A stretch of 64,000 nt of DNA from Chlamydiales bacterium (lineage in GTDB: Bacteria; Chlamydiota; Chlamydiia; Chlamydiales; JAAZZY01): contig CBDBKM010000011.1 of assembly GCA_965206695.1 (NCBI GenBank), positions 384,001 through 448,000 of the forward strand, in the 5' to 3' direction. A model generated the notes under the pieces. The model made no database searches. It was given only the letters and a program-made list of their open reading frames with translations, and was not told where the DNA came from. Positions 41,240 through 53,009 of the stretch are shown here, one piece after another. Every line of letters starts with the position of its first letter. The first letter of the stretch is position 1. A program made the position numbers and the translations under genes.

Positions 41240-41830
41240 ATGAATTTTGAATTTTCTAATCCGCATACAATATCAGAGTCCTTTTTTTGGTTTTGTGCCA
41301 TTGTCGGAACTATTATTTTCATTATCAGGATGCTCCTAAATATTATTGGTTTTGGTTTTGAAGATCAAATAGGTGATACAACATCCGGTCAATCCGATGA
41401 TGCCTTTCATATTTTTTCTCTACATTCGTTAAGCGGTTTTTTTATGCTTTTCGGTTGGTCAGGCTTAGCTTCATTGATACAGTTTTCATTACCCATATTT
41501 GCCTCTTCTTTGATCGCTTTGATAATGGGAAGCTTTATGCTCCTTCTGACACATCTGATTTTTAAAGCAGCGAAAAACTTGATTAGCAAAGGAGATCAAT
41601 TTATTCTTGATGATTCGATAGGCAGGCAAGGAGTTGTTTATCAGCAAATACCTGCAAATGGGGTTGGAACCATCCAAGTATCTGTTAATAATATTATGAG
41701 AGAATTGGATGCTGTTTCAGAAAATAGAATACCCATTCCCTCTTTTTGTAGCGTTCAAGTTGTTCATGTAATTAGTGAAAAGGTTGTAGCCGTAAAAAGC
41801 CTGCCTAAAGAATTAAAAAAGAAATTTTAA
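41240..41830 (+). CDS. NfeD-like membrane protein
   Basis: Three TM segments plus an OB-like C-terminus (IGRQGVVYQQIP..GVGTIQV); upstream of flotillin. Confidence 0.82.
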   Translation: MNFEFSNPHTISESFFWFCAIVGTIIFIIRMLLNIIGFGFEDQIGDTTSGQSDDAFHIFSLHSLSGFFMLFGWSGLASLIQFSLPIFASSLIALIMGSFMLLLTHLIFKAAKNLISKGDQFILDDSIGRQGVVYQQIPANGVGTIQVSVNNIMRELDAVSENRIPIPSFCSVQVVHVISEKVVAVKSLPKELKKKF

Positions 41831-41849
41831 CATTTAAGGAGAGAAAACA

Positions 41850-43253
41850 GTGGATTTTACCAATATTGCCATAACTATCACAATTATTTTTGTCTTTGCG
41901 ACCATATTTTTTTTAGCAAAGATTTATCGTCGATGTCCTTCTAATAAGATATTAGTTGTCTTTGGAAGAGTCGCCGGGCACAAAACTGTACAATGTTATC
42001 ATGGTGGAGGAACATTTATATGGCCTCTTATTCAAGATAGTCGTTTTATAGACTTAACACCCCGTACCATTCATATTCCTTTAAAAGGGGCTCTTTCATT
42101 ACAAAATATTCGTGTTAATGTTCCTTCTACATTTACTGTCGCAGTTGGAACGACGCAAGAAGTGATGAATAATGCAGCGATTAGAATACTGGCTTTAACA
42201 TCCAAAGAAATCGAATCCATGGCAACAGAAATCATAATAGGTCAATTACGTCTAACTGTCGCTTCCCTTCGTATTGAAGAGATCAATCAAGATAGAGAGC
42301 GATTCTTAGAATCTATTAAAAATAATATTGAACCTGAATTGCATAAGATTGGTTTGACCCTTATCAACGTTAATATAACAGATATTACCGATGAGTCTGA
42401 ATATATTGAAAGCATTGGGAAGAAAGCAGCGGCACGTGCTGTTAACCAAGCAAAAATTGATGTTGCAGAACAAGAAAAGCAAGGGGATATCGGTCAGTCA
42501 GAAGCTGATAAAGATCGTCGTATTCAAGTTGAGAATTATCATGCAGAGGCTGTTACAGGAGAAAATACGGCTAAAGCAAACATTGTAAAAAGTAATGCTG
42601 ATCTAGCTGAAAAAGAAGCTGAAGCCGGTAAGAGAAGTGAAGTAGCTAGGCAACAAGCTTCAGCAGAAGTTCAAAGAGCTCGAGCACTTTCAGAAACACA
42701 ACGTCTTGAGGCTGAGCAAATTGTTCCGCAAGAGATTACTAAGCGAAAAATTGAAATTGATGCAGAGGCAGAAAAATTAAAAAGAGTTTTAGAAGCTAAA
42801 GGGGAAGCTGAAGCTATTTTGACTCTTAGACAAGCCGAAGCTGAAGGTATCAAGAAAATACTTGATGCTAAAGCCGATGGTTATAAGCAGTTAGTTCAAG
42901 CATGTGGAAACGATGCTAACAGCGCTTCTACCATGTTATTGATAGAAAAGATGGAAGCTTTAGTTAACTTACAAGCAGAAGCAATCAAGAATATTAAAAT
43001 TGATAAGATTACTGTTTGGGATAGTGGTAGTGGTGGTGATAAAAATGGCACAACCACTTCAGATTTTATTAGCAATATGGTGAAATCTCTACCTGCCTTA
43101 CACGACATAGCAGCTGTTGCAGGGCTTCAACTTCCTCCTTTCCTAGGTAAAGTTGATTCAAAGGAGCTTGAGCATTTAACAGAAGCGATGGCGAAAAAAA
43201 CACAAAAAGCCGATCAACATACTCGTTTCGCAAAAGTAGAAGAAGAGAAGTAA
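41850..43253 (+). CDS. Flotillin / SPFH domain protein
   Basis: YRRCPSNKILVVFG, GGGTFIWP and an AEA-rich coiled coil. Confidence 0.93.
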   Translation: MDFTNIAITITIIFVFATIFFLAKIYRRCPSNKILVVFGRVAGHKTVQCYHGGGTFIWPLIQDSRFIDLTPRTIHIPLKGALSLQNIRVNVPSTFTVAVGTTQEVMNNAAIRILALTSKEIESMATEIIIGQLRLTVASLRIEEINQDRERFLESIKNNIEPELHKIGLTLINVNITDITDESEYIESIGKKAAARAVNQAKIDVAEQEKQGDIGQSEADKDRRIQVENYHAEAVTGENTAKANIVKSNADLAEKEAEAGKRSEVARQQASAEVQRARALSETQRLEAEQIVPQEITKRKIEIDAEAEKLKRVLEAKGEAEAILTLRQAEAEGIKKILDAKADGYKQLVQACGNDANSASTMLLIEKMEALVNLQAEAIKNIKIDKITVWDSGSGGDKNGTTTSDFISNMVKSLPALHDIAAVAGLQLPPFLGKVDSKELEHLTEAMAKKTQKADQHTRFAKVEEEK

Positions 43254-43337
43254 TCTACGTATATAGCATAATGGTAGAGTCTCCGATCGTTGAATTTTCG
43301 ATAAGCGAAATTTTAGATGGTTTCAGGAGCCTTTCCG

Positions 43338-43900
43338 GCTAATTGTGTCAATTTCCATGTTTAATATAAACTGTTATTCAATAATGATGACAAAATATGG
43401 AGTATATAGCAAAACAAGTTGATTATCTCGGAAAGATTGCTAAGAATACTGTTAGTCAGTACAAGACTAAAGATGCACTTTTTGGTGAGGGTGGCGCTTT
43501 TAACGCCACCTTATTGAAGCAGTCCTAAACGACGGGTTACTGATCATTAAAGACAAACGTACGCAAGGGGTACAGCAAAAAAACGGTAAAGGGCTCGGTT
43601 AGGTGAAATGGATATTACCCTCCCCAAAGATCGAGAGCCAACACTCGTAGCCAAGCGCCAAACACGCTTTGATGGCTTTAACGATAAAATTTTGACTATG
43701 TATGCATGCACCACGCGGTGCGAGCATAACGGATATTTAAACGCAGCTTCATGAGCTTTACGGAAAGAGGTGTCAACATCCTTTACGGAAAGAGGTGTCA
43801 ACATCGCTGATATCGAATGTCACGGCCTTTAGATCGTGTTTACTCAATTGTTTATCCGGACTGCATTGTCGTCAAAGCTAGAGAGGATAAACGTATCATT
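43338..43900 (+). pseudogene. IS256-family transposase remnant
   Basis: Fragments GEMDITLPKDRE and KRQTRFDGFNDKILTMYA; 25-bp tandem duplication at 43756-43805. Confidence 0.75.
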
Positions 43901-43973
43901 GAAGACTGCACGGACGCAGTCGACCCGCGAGTGACAGTTGTGTATCAAAGAGGAACAGAGGAACGAAAAGTGC
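43899..43973. repeat. ~74-bp GC-rich dispersed repeat, copy 2
   Basis: Aligns with 34523-34596; perfect stem gactgc/gcagtc. Confidence 0.8.
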
Positions 43974-44049
43974 TTTAATTTTTTTGGAGGCTTAATCCAA
44001 TTAAAAAAAGCAGCGATTCCCGTTAAATAATTTTTCGCAATGATATATA

Positions 44050-46098
44050 TACCCATTTAAGCTGAAGAAATGACAAATGGGGGTGGTTTTATAACTCTAA
44101 AGTTATCAGTAATACGCCTTTTTAAAAGATCTGAATAGCTGTTTAGTGGATTTGCGAGTTTTTTTAAAAATCCCAAAATCCTATCTTTAAAATCACCGAA
44201 TTTCTCGTAATATCGATTATTGAGGATCTGTTCATTCATCAACTTCCATAAGCGTTCAATAGGATTAAGATTAGGACTATAAGGAGGAAGAAACTGCATG
44301 GAAATTTTTGAAGTTTTTAAAAAATCTTGCACTTTTCTATTACGATAATATCCGGCATTATCACAAAAGAGATAGAGAGTCTTTTTTTCGGGATAAGCAT
44401 GTTCTAACTTTTTTAAAAAACAAATTGTTGAATCTGCATTGAGTGCTTGATCTTCTTGAGATATAGTATTTTAATTTTTATTTGATAATATGTTATCCTT
44501 CTTTTTTTATACAAACAGTAAGGACAAAACAATGCCTAGAGCCTATTCAGTAGATCTTCGAGAGAAAGTATTACAACATATAGAAAAACATCATGATAAA
44601 AAAACAGCCGGCCATATTTTTCAAGTAGGTATCGCAACAATATATCGATGGATCTTGCAAAAAAAGCAAAAAGGACATTTAAAGCCAATCCGCAGAAAAT
44701 ATGCTTATAAGAAATTAGATGATGAGTTGTTATCTAAATATGTAGAAAAACATCCGGATTATTTTTTATCGGAAATTGCTGATTATTTTTCAGTCACTCC
44801 GCAAACGATTTTTTATGCCCTTAAAAGATTAAAAATTACACGAAAAAAAAAACGACTCGCTATAAGGAAAGAGATGAAAAGAAACGGGAAGCTTTTATGA
44901 AAGATTTAAAAAATATTCCCTTTGACAAGAGAATTTATCTCGATGAAACCGGGATTCATCAATTTTTATTTCGTGAGTCCGGAAGAAGCTTACGCGGCAA
45001 AAGAGTTTTTGGAGCGGTTTCAGGAAACCGCTTTATAAGGCAAAATATTATTTCAGCCCTATCTAAAGGGCAGTTTTTATCTCCAATGTGTTTTGAAGGT
45101 ACTTGTAATACCGGGTTATTCAATATTTGGCTTAAGGAAGTTTTGACTCCTCAGCTTACACCCGGTAGTGTTCTTATTCTTGACAATGCCGGTTTTCACA
45201 AGTCAGCGGAAAGCAGGAAAATAGTAGAATCTGCCGGTTGTAAGCTTATGTTTCTTCCTCCATATTCTCCGGACTTAAATCCTATAGAAAAATATTGGGC
45301 TAATATGAAAAATAAAGTTAGAGAGATATTACGAAAAGTTACGAATTTTAAATTCGCCATTGATCAAGCAATCTTATCAATGTAAAATTAAATGACTATA
45401 TAAGGCACTTCGATTCAATATCAATAGCACCTGAGATATGAAGCCTTCGACGAGCACTATTTGTTTTAAGAGCCCGGTACATACCCGTTTTTATCCAACC
45501 ATGAGAAGGTTTTGTATTATGTGTCGGATGTACTCCATCCATAAAATAAATAGCTTCAGTATGCGACAAGCCGGCTTTTAATTTACGATAATATTCTAAC
45601 CATTGTTCTTGAGATAAAGGGTCAGCTTTTCCGGGAATAAGCATTGGTTTTTTATAAGAGAAACCATTAGATTTTAACCACGCTGTCATACCGGCAGGGG
45701 TGTATTTTATTTCAAATAGATTTTGTACAAGAGAGGCTATCTCTCTTGCAGAGGTATAGATATTTTCTTTTAGATGATGAATCAGCATATCACGACAGGC
45801 CGGATTAAGTTTACTTGAAGAACCTCCGTTTTCAGGAACCAACTTCCTATCTGCTTCATAGTCTAATGTATGTTGACGTACTGCTTCATGAGTAATAAAC
45901 AAAGCGTGTGCTATTTTTTTATAACTCCAACCTTCATCATATAGCAATACAGCTTTAATACGATCACAAATCCTCTTGTCTCTCTCGTACTTATGCTGTT
46001 GTAAAAGCCGTTCGCGTTCTGTTGGATCTAAAAAATATTTCATGTCCGGTAGTATAGAAAAAGTTAACATATATTTTCAACTCTTCAGAAATTATGTG
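44050..46098 (-). mobile_element. IS630-family element type c, interrupted by type b
   Basis: ORFs 45396..46070 and 44057..44461 rejoin in frame (224+43+91=358 aa); MDGVHP, CDNAGY and PPYSPNLNPIERLW motifs; one end cut by ISAs1. Confidence 0.9.
44464..45398 (+). mobile_element. IS630-family element type b, copy 2
   Basis: Near-identical to 25184-26118; TA TSD. Confidence 0.95.
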
Positions 46099-47751
46099 CA
46101 GGGCGATTGCATTTAAATTTTATTATTTAAAATCTCTACTATACCCCTTATGAATCAAAGTGCCGATTCTAAGACTTGAAAATGATCATTGATTCGTTTC
46201 CTCATTGATTGAGCAATAGAGGGCCAAGTATTTTCAAAAAATCCGGTAATCGATCTCCGAAATTCTTTAGCAGAATTAAAAAACCGATTATTGCGACAAT
46301 ATTCATTCATCACTTTCCATAATCGTTCAATGGGATTGAGGTTAGGACTGTAAGAAGGTAAATAATAGAGAATAATACCTTGTTTTTCTGCTTCTTGTTT
46401 GGTCTGAATACTTGTATTATAAGGGCCTTGATCTAAAATAAGATGGATATTTGGAGCTGAGAGGTATGAGGTATTTTGACCGTAGCAAAGCAAAATGCTT
46501 TGCCATGGTACCGCTATTTAATGTTTCATAAGCATCTATTGTTACCTTCATACTGTTTAAATTGATAGACCCCATAAGATTCATTCGAGTACGAGAAGCT
46601 GTTGTTGCAATCAATTTATCTGTTCCCGGTCGAATCCAACCATAAGAAATTTTAGTTGCCATAGTTGGATGTACACCATCAGCAAATTCAACAGGCTCAT
46701 TTTTAGGCAGAGATGCCATAAGCTTGGCGTAAAATTGCATCCAAGCTTTTTGTTGATCAGAATTTGCCTTAGCCGGTGTACCTTTAGGCTTTTTATAGGA
46801 AAAACCATGTGAGTGTAGCCAAGAAGTCATCCCTGAAATCGTATAAACAATGCCATATTTCGCGAGAACATAAGAACAGATATCTTCTACTTTGACATAG
46901 GTATGAGTTGTTAAATGTTTAATGAATTCTTCTGACTGTGGCGCAAGAAGTTTACTGACTGAACCACCGCTTTCTATATGCAATTGCTGTTTATTTTGAT
47001 ATTCTTTAATGTGACGAGACACTGTTTCATCGTCTAAAAGCACAGCTTCAGCAATACGAGTATTACTCCAACCTTTATTCGACAATAGAACAGCCTTGAT
47101 ACGATCTCGTATACGACCATTCTTTTCTCGTTTATGTTGCTGTCTGAGATGCTTTTCTTCTGATAGTGTTAAAAATGAATTCATACAAAATAATTTACAC
47201 TATACGAATACAAAATATCCGGAGGTTTATTCGTGATGAGTATAATCTAGATCCTGTCATTTTCATTCGGTTTTGCATTCTTCTAATGCTAAGCTTTCCT
47301 TTCGTTTTATTGATTAAATTAAGAGCCCACTTTCTAATGATATTCATATTTTTAGGAGCATTATCTTTGTAAATTTGCGACTTATCTTCATTAAAAGTAA
47401 CATCTAAAACCCAATGAAGCTTATTTTCCACCTCCCAATGAGTACGAATGCACTCAGCAAGATGATGAGCATTTGCATTAAGTGAAGAAATATAGTACCG
47501 AGTTTCCCTAGTGTTTTTTTCTTTTATAGTTCTTTCTGATTCTACCATAATAATTGTACAAAGTCCCGGCCATTCATATGCTTCTAACGAACCTAACTCT
47601 TCTGTAGCCCAAACTCTACGACATTCGATTCTCCCATGTCCTTTATCTAATTGTTCGCTTTTGCTTCCATTAAATTCCTGCCAATCCAATGTTCGATGTC
47701 CATCAAAAAAGAATTTAATATCTTCGTGTAAATTGCCTTGATTACCCTTAA
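46099..47751 (-). mobile_element. ISAs1 3' half, interrupted by IS630 and truncated by IS1380
   Basis: TIR cagggcgattgcat; KGHGRIECR and HWEVENKLHWVLDVTFNED motifs. Confidence 0.92.
46142..47242 (-). mobile_element. IS630 type a, copy 3, frameshifted
   Basis: 1101 bp = 1094 bp plus a 7-bp tandem duplication gaggtat at 46461-46474; TA TSD. Confidence 0.95.
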
Positions 47752-50446
47752 CCCGAATATTTCATAAAACTCATTGATAGTTTCCGTAAGAGGCTTGAAT
47801 TTTAGAAAAAAGGATAAATTAGTGAAAATATTCTGTTTATCGAAAAATAAGATGATTTCAGGACACACCTCCCCCTTACCCCCAACTATTTTACACGCCT
47901 TCTTTTTAAAATTGGAGTGACGTGGTTCTGTCACTTTTTACCAATGCGAGATTCGATGTGCAATAAGCAGAAAAGTATTTTGAACCGGAAAATATTCCGA
48001 TAGCAACAGACGTATTCGCCGTGTATTTCTCAAAACAATACCTCCTATTTTCAGTAACCTTAGTCGAATAGTATTCACTTGAGATTTAGCAAATGAAGTA
48101 CCTCGCAGTGCAAGGGAACGCAACCTTTCTAATAAAACATAGGCAAGGGCAGAGAATAAAAGCCGTAATTGATTAGGCCACCATTTATGACAGGAGGTAC
48201 GATCCGAAAATAAGAGTAACTGTTCTTTAATACGGTTTTCCGAATCTCCCTTGTACAATAACTTTTATCATAAATTTTTTGTGGATCGTTCGTAAGAAAG
48301 GTTACAATAAATCGAGGATTTGCACCTTTAGAAGTATGTTCTGCTTTAGCTATTATTCTTCTTTCTTTTTTTCAACTCTTTGCAGCATAGAGAAAAGAAG
48401 TAAATAAACGCTGCTTTTCCTGTGTTTCCTTGAAACGTTTTTCTGCTTCATCCATTGTTCCTGAGATCTCTTTTTTTAAGCGTTTATTTCCTGCGATACC
48501 TACAACAAAATCAACTTGGTTTTTCTCACACCAATCAAAAATCTTATGCCTGCAAAAGCCGCTGTCTGCACGAAATATAATAGAACAACCCGGCCACGCC
48601 TGTCGTAATCTTTTGACTAAAAGAGATAAAACAGCCCAAGAATGTTTTGCCTGATCTTCACTACTTCTTCTAAGATAGGAGACAAGCAAATGACTACCGC
48701 AAAAAACATGCAGCGGTAAGAAACAGTCTTTTCTATAATATCCATGGTAAAATTTCCCTTCCCGGTTACCATGTACGGGATCATCAGTAGCATCACAATC
48801 TAAAATAAGCTCTTGAGGAGGTTTTTTGAATCGCCCTTTCAACATCGAAGTGCAACAAACCGCTACAAATTAAACTTGTCTGAAGGTGGTAAAAAATCTC
48901 CTATGGTAAACGTAAGAAAACCAAGGAGGAAAGATGCCAAACGGCTACCGTCACTTAAACAAAGACAAGAGATGCCAATTGTATACCTTAATAAGAAGAG
49001 GAGATCCTATCACCTTAATTTCCAATGAGTTAAACGTAAATCGATCGACTGTTTATCGCGAGCTAAAACGAAATTGTGGAAAGCGTGGATATCGGTATCA
49101 ACAGGCTCAAGAGAAGACTTTAAAGAGACGAGGCTCAAAAACTCAACAACGAAAGATGAGCAGTGTAATGATTACCATTATCGAAGAGAAGTTAAGCGTG
49201 CAGTGGAGCCCCGATCAAATATCGGGATGGCTGAAGAAGAAAGGGTATCAAGAAGCTGTAAGCCATGAGACAATCTATAAATATATTTGGGAGGACAAAA
49301 AAAGAGGAGGCCTGTTGTATAAACACCTTAGACATAGTGGGGAAAAATATAACAAGCGAGGTAAAAATAGGGCCGGACGAGGATGTATTCCCGGACGGAC
49401 AGATATTTCTGAAAGGCCTGATATCGTAGAGAAGAAAACTCGTTTAGGCGATTGGGAACTAGATACAATCATAGGAACAGAAGGGAGCGGAGTCATTGTC
49501 TCAATGGTCGAAAGAGTCTCAAAGCTAACAAAACCAGAAAAAGTCTCGCGTAAAACCGCTGAGGAAGTAAAGGATGCGCTAGTAAACAGGTTAAGACCGG
49601 TCCAAAAATTTGTCATGACATTAACTGCTGACAACGGGAAAGAATTTACTTACCACAAACAAGTGAGTCAATTACTTGAGACAAGTTTTTACTTTGCTAC
49701 CCCCTATCATTCGTGGGAGAGAGGGCTGAACGAGCATACGAATGGACTCGTTCGACAATATCTCCCTAAAAATAAACGGTTTGATGAAGTCTCAGCAGGT
49801 AATTTAAAAAAGATTGAGAACTTGCTTAACAATAGACCCCGAAAAGTGTTAAACTTTTCAACACCGGAGGAGGTGTTTAACCGTCTCAGTAAGGAAGCAG
49901 CAAGTGTTGCACTTCGATGTTGAAAGGGCGAATGATTTTATAAATGATTCAACTAAAATGCGACTAATTTTAACTGCGGTTTCTCTGTCCGCTCGGTTTT
50001 CAAAACGGCACAGTGTAGGACTACTTGCTAAAGGATGTTCAAAATCAATTGCCGTTTGAATAGCACCGTCATCTTTAAGTTTATCATGATCGTTTAAATC
50101 CTCATAACCCAAAGCAATACCATATACTCTTTGACGCAGCATTTCGAGTATGCTATGTATCACATAATTAGGATTGCGTTTATCAGGTATACAAGCAGCT
50201 GCTTGTTCAGTCAGCTTTAGCTTTTTATCGACTTGACGCAGTAAGATAACCCCGCCGTCACTTGTAATGTTACCGCCGGTAAAGGAACATTCTATTCTTT
50301 TAGATTTTATGGGTGAAAAATTGATTTGTTTTGTGTTACATTTTGTCATGAGTATTTTTCTTATTTGTTATGTTTGGTGCAACTATACTTTAACAAGTTA
50401 AGTAAAAATACTCATTCTTTTTTCCGATTTTTATGAAATATTCGGG
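47752..50446 (-). mobile_element. IS1380-family element, pseudogenised and interrupted by IS30
   Basis: TIR cccgaatatttcataaaa; TTAA at both flanks; TSDGG, GYEDLNDHD, DCDATD, RADSGF and SENRIKE motifs; internal stop and frameshift. Confidence 0.93.
48832..49930 (+). mobile_element. IS30-family element, intact 329-aa transposase 48934..49923
   Basis: 25-bp TIR, 3-bp TSD aat; GDWELDT, DNGKEF and WERGLNEHTNGLVRQY motifs. Confidence 0.97.
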
Positions 50447-51201
50447 TTAAGCCAAATATTGAATAACCCGGTATTACAAGTACCTTCAAAACACATTGGA
50501 GATAAAAACTGCCCTTTAGACAGGGCTGAAATAATATTTTGCCTTATAAACTCACCTTACGCACGCCTTCTACTAAGCAGGATACAGAATCAATCCCCCT
50601 TTACGAGAGTGCGTGCGTAAGGTGAGTTATAAAGCGGTTTCCTGAAACCGCTCCAAAAACTTTTTTGCCGCGTAAGCTTCTTCCGGACTCACGAAATAAA
50701 AATTGATGAATCCCGGTTTCATCGAGATAAATTCTCTTGTCAAAGGGAATATTTTTTAAATCTTTCATAAAAGCTTCCCGTTTCTTTTCATCTCTTTCCT
50801 TATAGCGAGTAGTTTTTTTTTTCGTGTAATTTTTAATCTTTTAAGGGCATAAAAAATCGTTTGCGGAGTGACTGAAAAATAATCAGCAATTTCCGATAAA
50901 AAATAATCCGGATGTTTTTCTACATATTTAGATAACAACTCATCATCTAATTTCTTATAAGCATATTTTCTGCGGATTGGTTTTAAATGTCCTTTTTGCT
51001 TTTTTTGCAAGATCCATCGATATATTGTTGCGATACCTACTTGAAAAATATGGCCGGCTGCTTTTTTATCATGATGTTTTTCTATATGTTGTAATACTTT
51101 CTCTCGAAGATCTACTGAATAGGCTCTAGGCATTGTTTTGTCCTTACTGTTTGTATAAAAAAAGAAGGATAACATATTATCAAATAAAAATTAAAATACT
51201 A
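50447..51201 (-). mobile_element. IS630 type b, copy 3, truncated and MITE-interrupted
   Basis: Reverse complement of the 5' ~675 bp of type b; stops at the IS1380 end. Confidence 0.92.
50550..50627. mobile_element. 78-bp MITE, copy 3
   Basis: 17-bp perfect TIR; tataa duplicated relative to the empty site in the other IS630b copies. Confidence 0.92.
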
Positions 51202-51254
51202 TACATCGAACTTGGATTAATGATGATCATTTAAAATCAATATTAACAAGTTAT

Positions 51255-51320
51255 TATTAACATAATATTAACATAATATTAACATAATATTAACATAATA
51301 TTAACACAGCATTAACATAA
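51255..51320. repeat. Tandem 11-bp repeat (tattaacataa) x6
   Basis: Four perfect and two imperfect units upstream of ORF 51403. Confidence 0.85.
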
Positions 51321-51402
51321 ACAAAGCATAATAGCTTTGAATACTTATAAACTAAATATAAACAACCTATTATTAATAAAAATAAATTAAAGTGTAATTA
51401 TT

Positions 51403-52557
51403 ATGACTATTTATAACATACCATGTTCAAACCGATTTGAAGTTTTAGCCGACTTACCACCTGATGACTCAGAAAATAAAATATCAGGAATACCTCAAGC
51501 CGACTTACCACCTGATGACTCAGAAAATAAAATATCAGGAATACCTCAAGCCGACTCACCACCTGATGGCTCAGACAATACAATATCAAGAATATCTAAG
51601 TCAGGATTGACAAGCTTATTCACAGCATATTTATTAGCCTTTTCTTCATCAGGTACAAATGGCTTAAGAGTTCCTGAGTGTAAGGATCTGATGCAACCTT
51701 TTTTCATTAAAGTTCCAGCTAACAACATTCAAGCTTTTAACCTCGAAGTTTTAGGGCCACGGTGTGTTAATCCTATGGATCCTCTTAATCAAGATCCCTT
51801 TGGAATCAAAACAGCACATCAAGAAAAACTCAAACCAACATCTCCTAACCCAAATTGTACAGAATTTCCTAATCAAAAATATCGGAAAGGTGCCAATCCA
51901 TCCAATATAACAAACTTTATAGAAGGTGCGATTCAAGAATTTAAAGATTTCGATCAATACCTGAACTCTCAACATTTTAGCTGTTATTTAGGTAAAAAAA
52001 ATCAGCGCCTTGGAAAATTTCAAATTCTAGGTGGAGGAGTAGTAAAAAGGACTTTTACGCACGATGACTACCCCAGTGTTGCATTTAAAATAAACAATAA
52101 AGTACTAAGCCTGATCATAGGTCATAGCTTGCAACAGAACGTAAAAAACGCCGGAAGAATTGAAGAAGTAATAAAAAAATACGGCTATAAATATCTAATA
52201 ACAAGCCAACCTATTCTTTTTAAAAAAGGAGATCTTGAACTTATATTTGAAAACGAACAATCTTTTATAAACTATGAAACAGCAGAAAATGTGATCCCTC
52301 AAGAAATACGTCAAAGAGCAGAAGAGGAGTTGTGTCACCTTGTCGGGGAAACTCACTTAACCGATATAAACCTAAAGGAGACCCATAATGTAGCCTATAT
52401 AAAAGATGAAAACGGAGAGTTCAAGTTATGCCTTTTTGATTTTGATATGGTCTCTCCGGAATTGAAGGCCAAGGACCCAATAGGGCGGAGTCAATCAGAA
52501 AAAACATACTATGAACTCGCGAGGGAGAAAGCTCTAAAAAAATGCGTAATTTCATAG
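51403..52557 (+). CDS. Hypothetical protein with N-terminal 17-aa repeats and an atypical kinase-like C-terminus
   Basis: ADLPPDDSENKISGIPQ repeats; LGGGVVKRTF..VAFK, LTD...HNV and LFDFD motifs. Confidence 0.7.
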   Translation: MTIYNIPCSNRFEVLADLPPDDSENKISGIPQADLPPDDSENKISGIPQADSPPDGSDNTISRISKSGLTSLFTAYLLAFSSSGTNGLRVPECKDLMQPFFIKVPANNIQAFNLEVLGPRCVNPMDPLNQDPFGIKTAHQEKLKPTSPNPNCTEFPNQKYRKGANPSNITNFIEGAIQEFKDFDQYLNSQHFSCYLGKKNQRLGKFQILGGGVVKRTFTHDDYPSVAFKINNKVLSLIIGHSLQQNVKNAGRIEEVIKKYGYKYLITSQPILFKKGDLELIFENEQSFINYETAENVIPQEIRQRAEEELCHLVGETHLTDINLKETHNVAYIKDENGEFKLCLFDFDMVSPELKAKDPIGRSQSEKTYYELAREKALKKCVIS

Positions 52558-52585
52558 ACAGGCTTAAGGACCATCTGAAATAAGT

Positions 52586-52674
52586 GATTGGAAAGACTTC
52601 TACATAACTGATTCCTGATAATACTTTTTTTAAAATCATTATCAGGAATCAGTTATGTAGAAGTCTTTCCAATC
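52586..52674. repeat. Perfect 37-bp inverted repeat with a 15-nt spacer
   Basis: gattggaaagacttctacataactgattcctgataat and its exact reverse complement at 52638-52674. Confidence 0.95.
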
Positions 52675-53009
52675 GAATTTACAAATAAAATATCTCGTCT
52701 AATCAAAAAAGAGGTAAGGGTTGTTCAAACAAGATACTTTTATAGAAATCCCCTTTTGAATTTTTGGATGATACTTTTTCTACATTGTGGAAGAAAGTAA
52801 ACCTTGAATTAATCCCGGGATATAGCCGATTATCAAAAAATTGCTATTTAGCATTAGAAACACAACTCATCTTTGCTGTTTTATCAGATCTTATTCTTTA
52901 CAAGCTTTTGAAATTCGGCAGGAAACATCTTAATGACTCCTTAATGAATTTATTATATAATTTGGTGAAATTTTTTTTAAACCTTTTAAATTATAACAGT
53001 GAGGAAATT

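Noticed and set aside
47647..47934. 95-aa ORF and similar junction ORFs (23362, 33523, 48813, 63411)
   Set aside because: Chimeric frames spanning IS or MITE junctions.
52764..53009. N-terminal extension of the 326-aa ORF
   Set aside because: AT-rich, promoter-like sequence; a better RBS and ATG occur at 53010.
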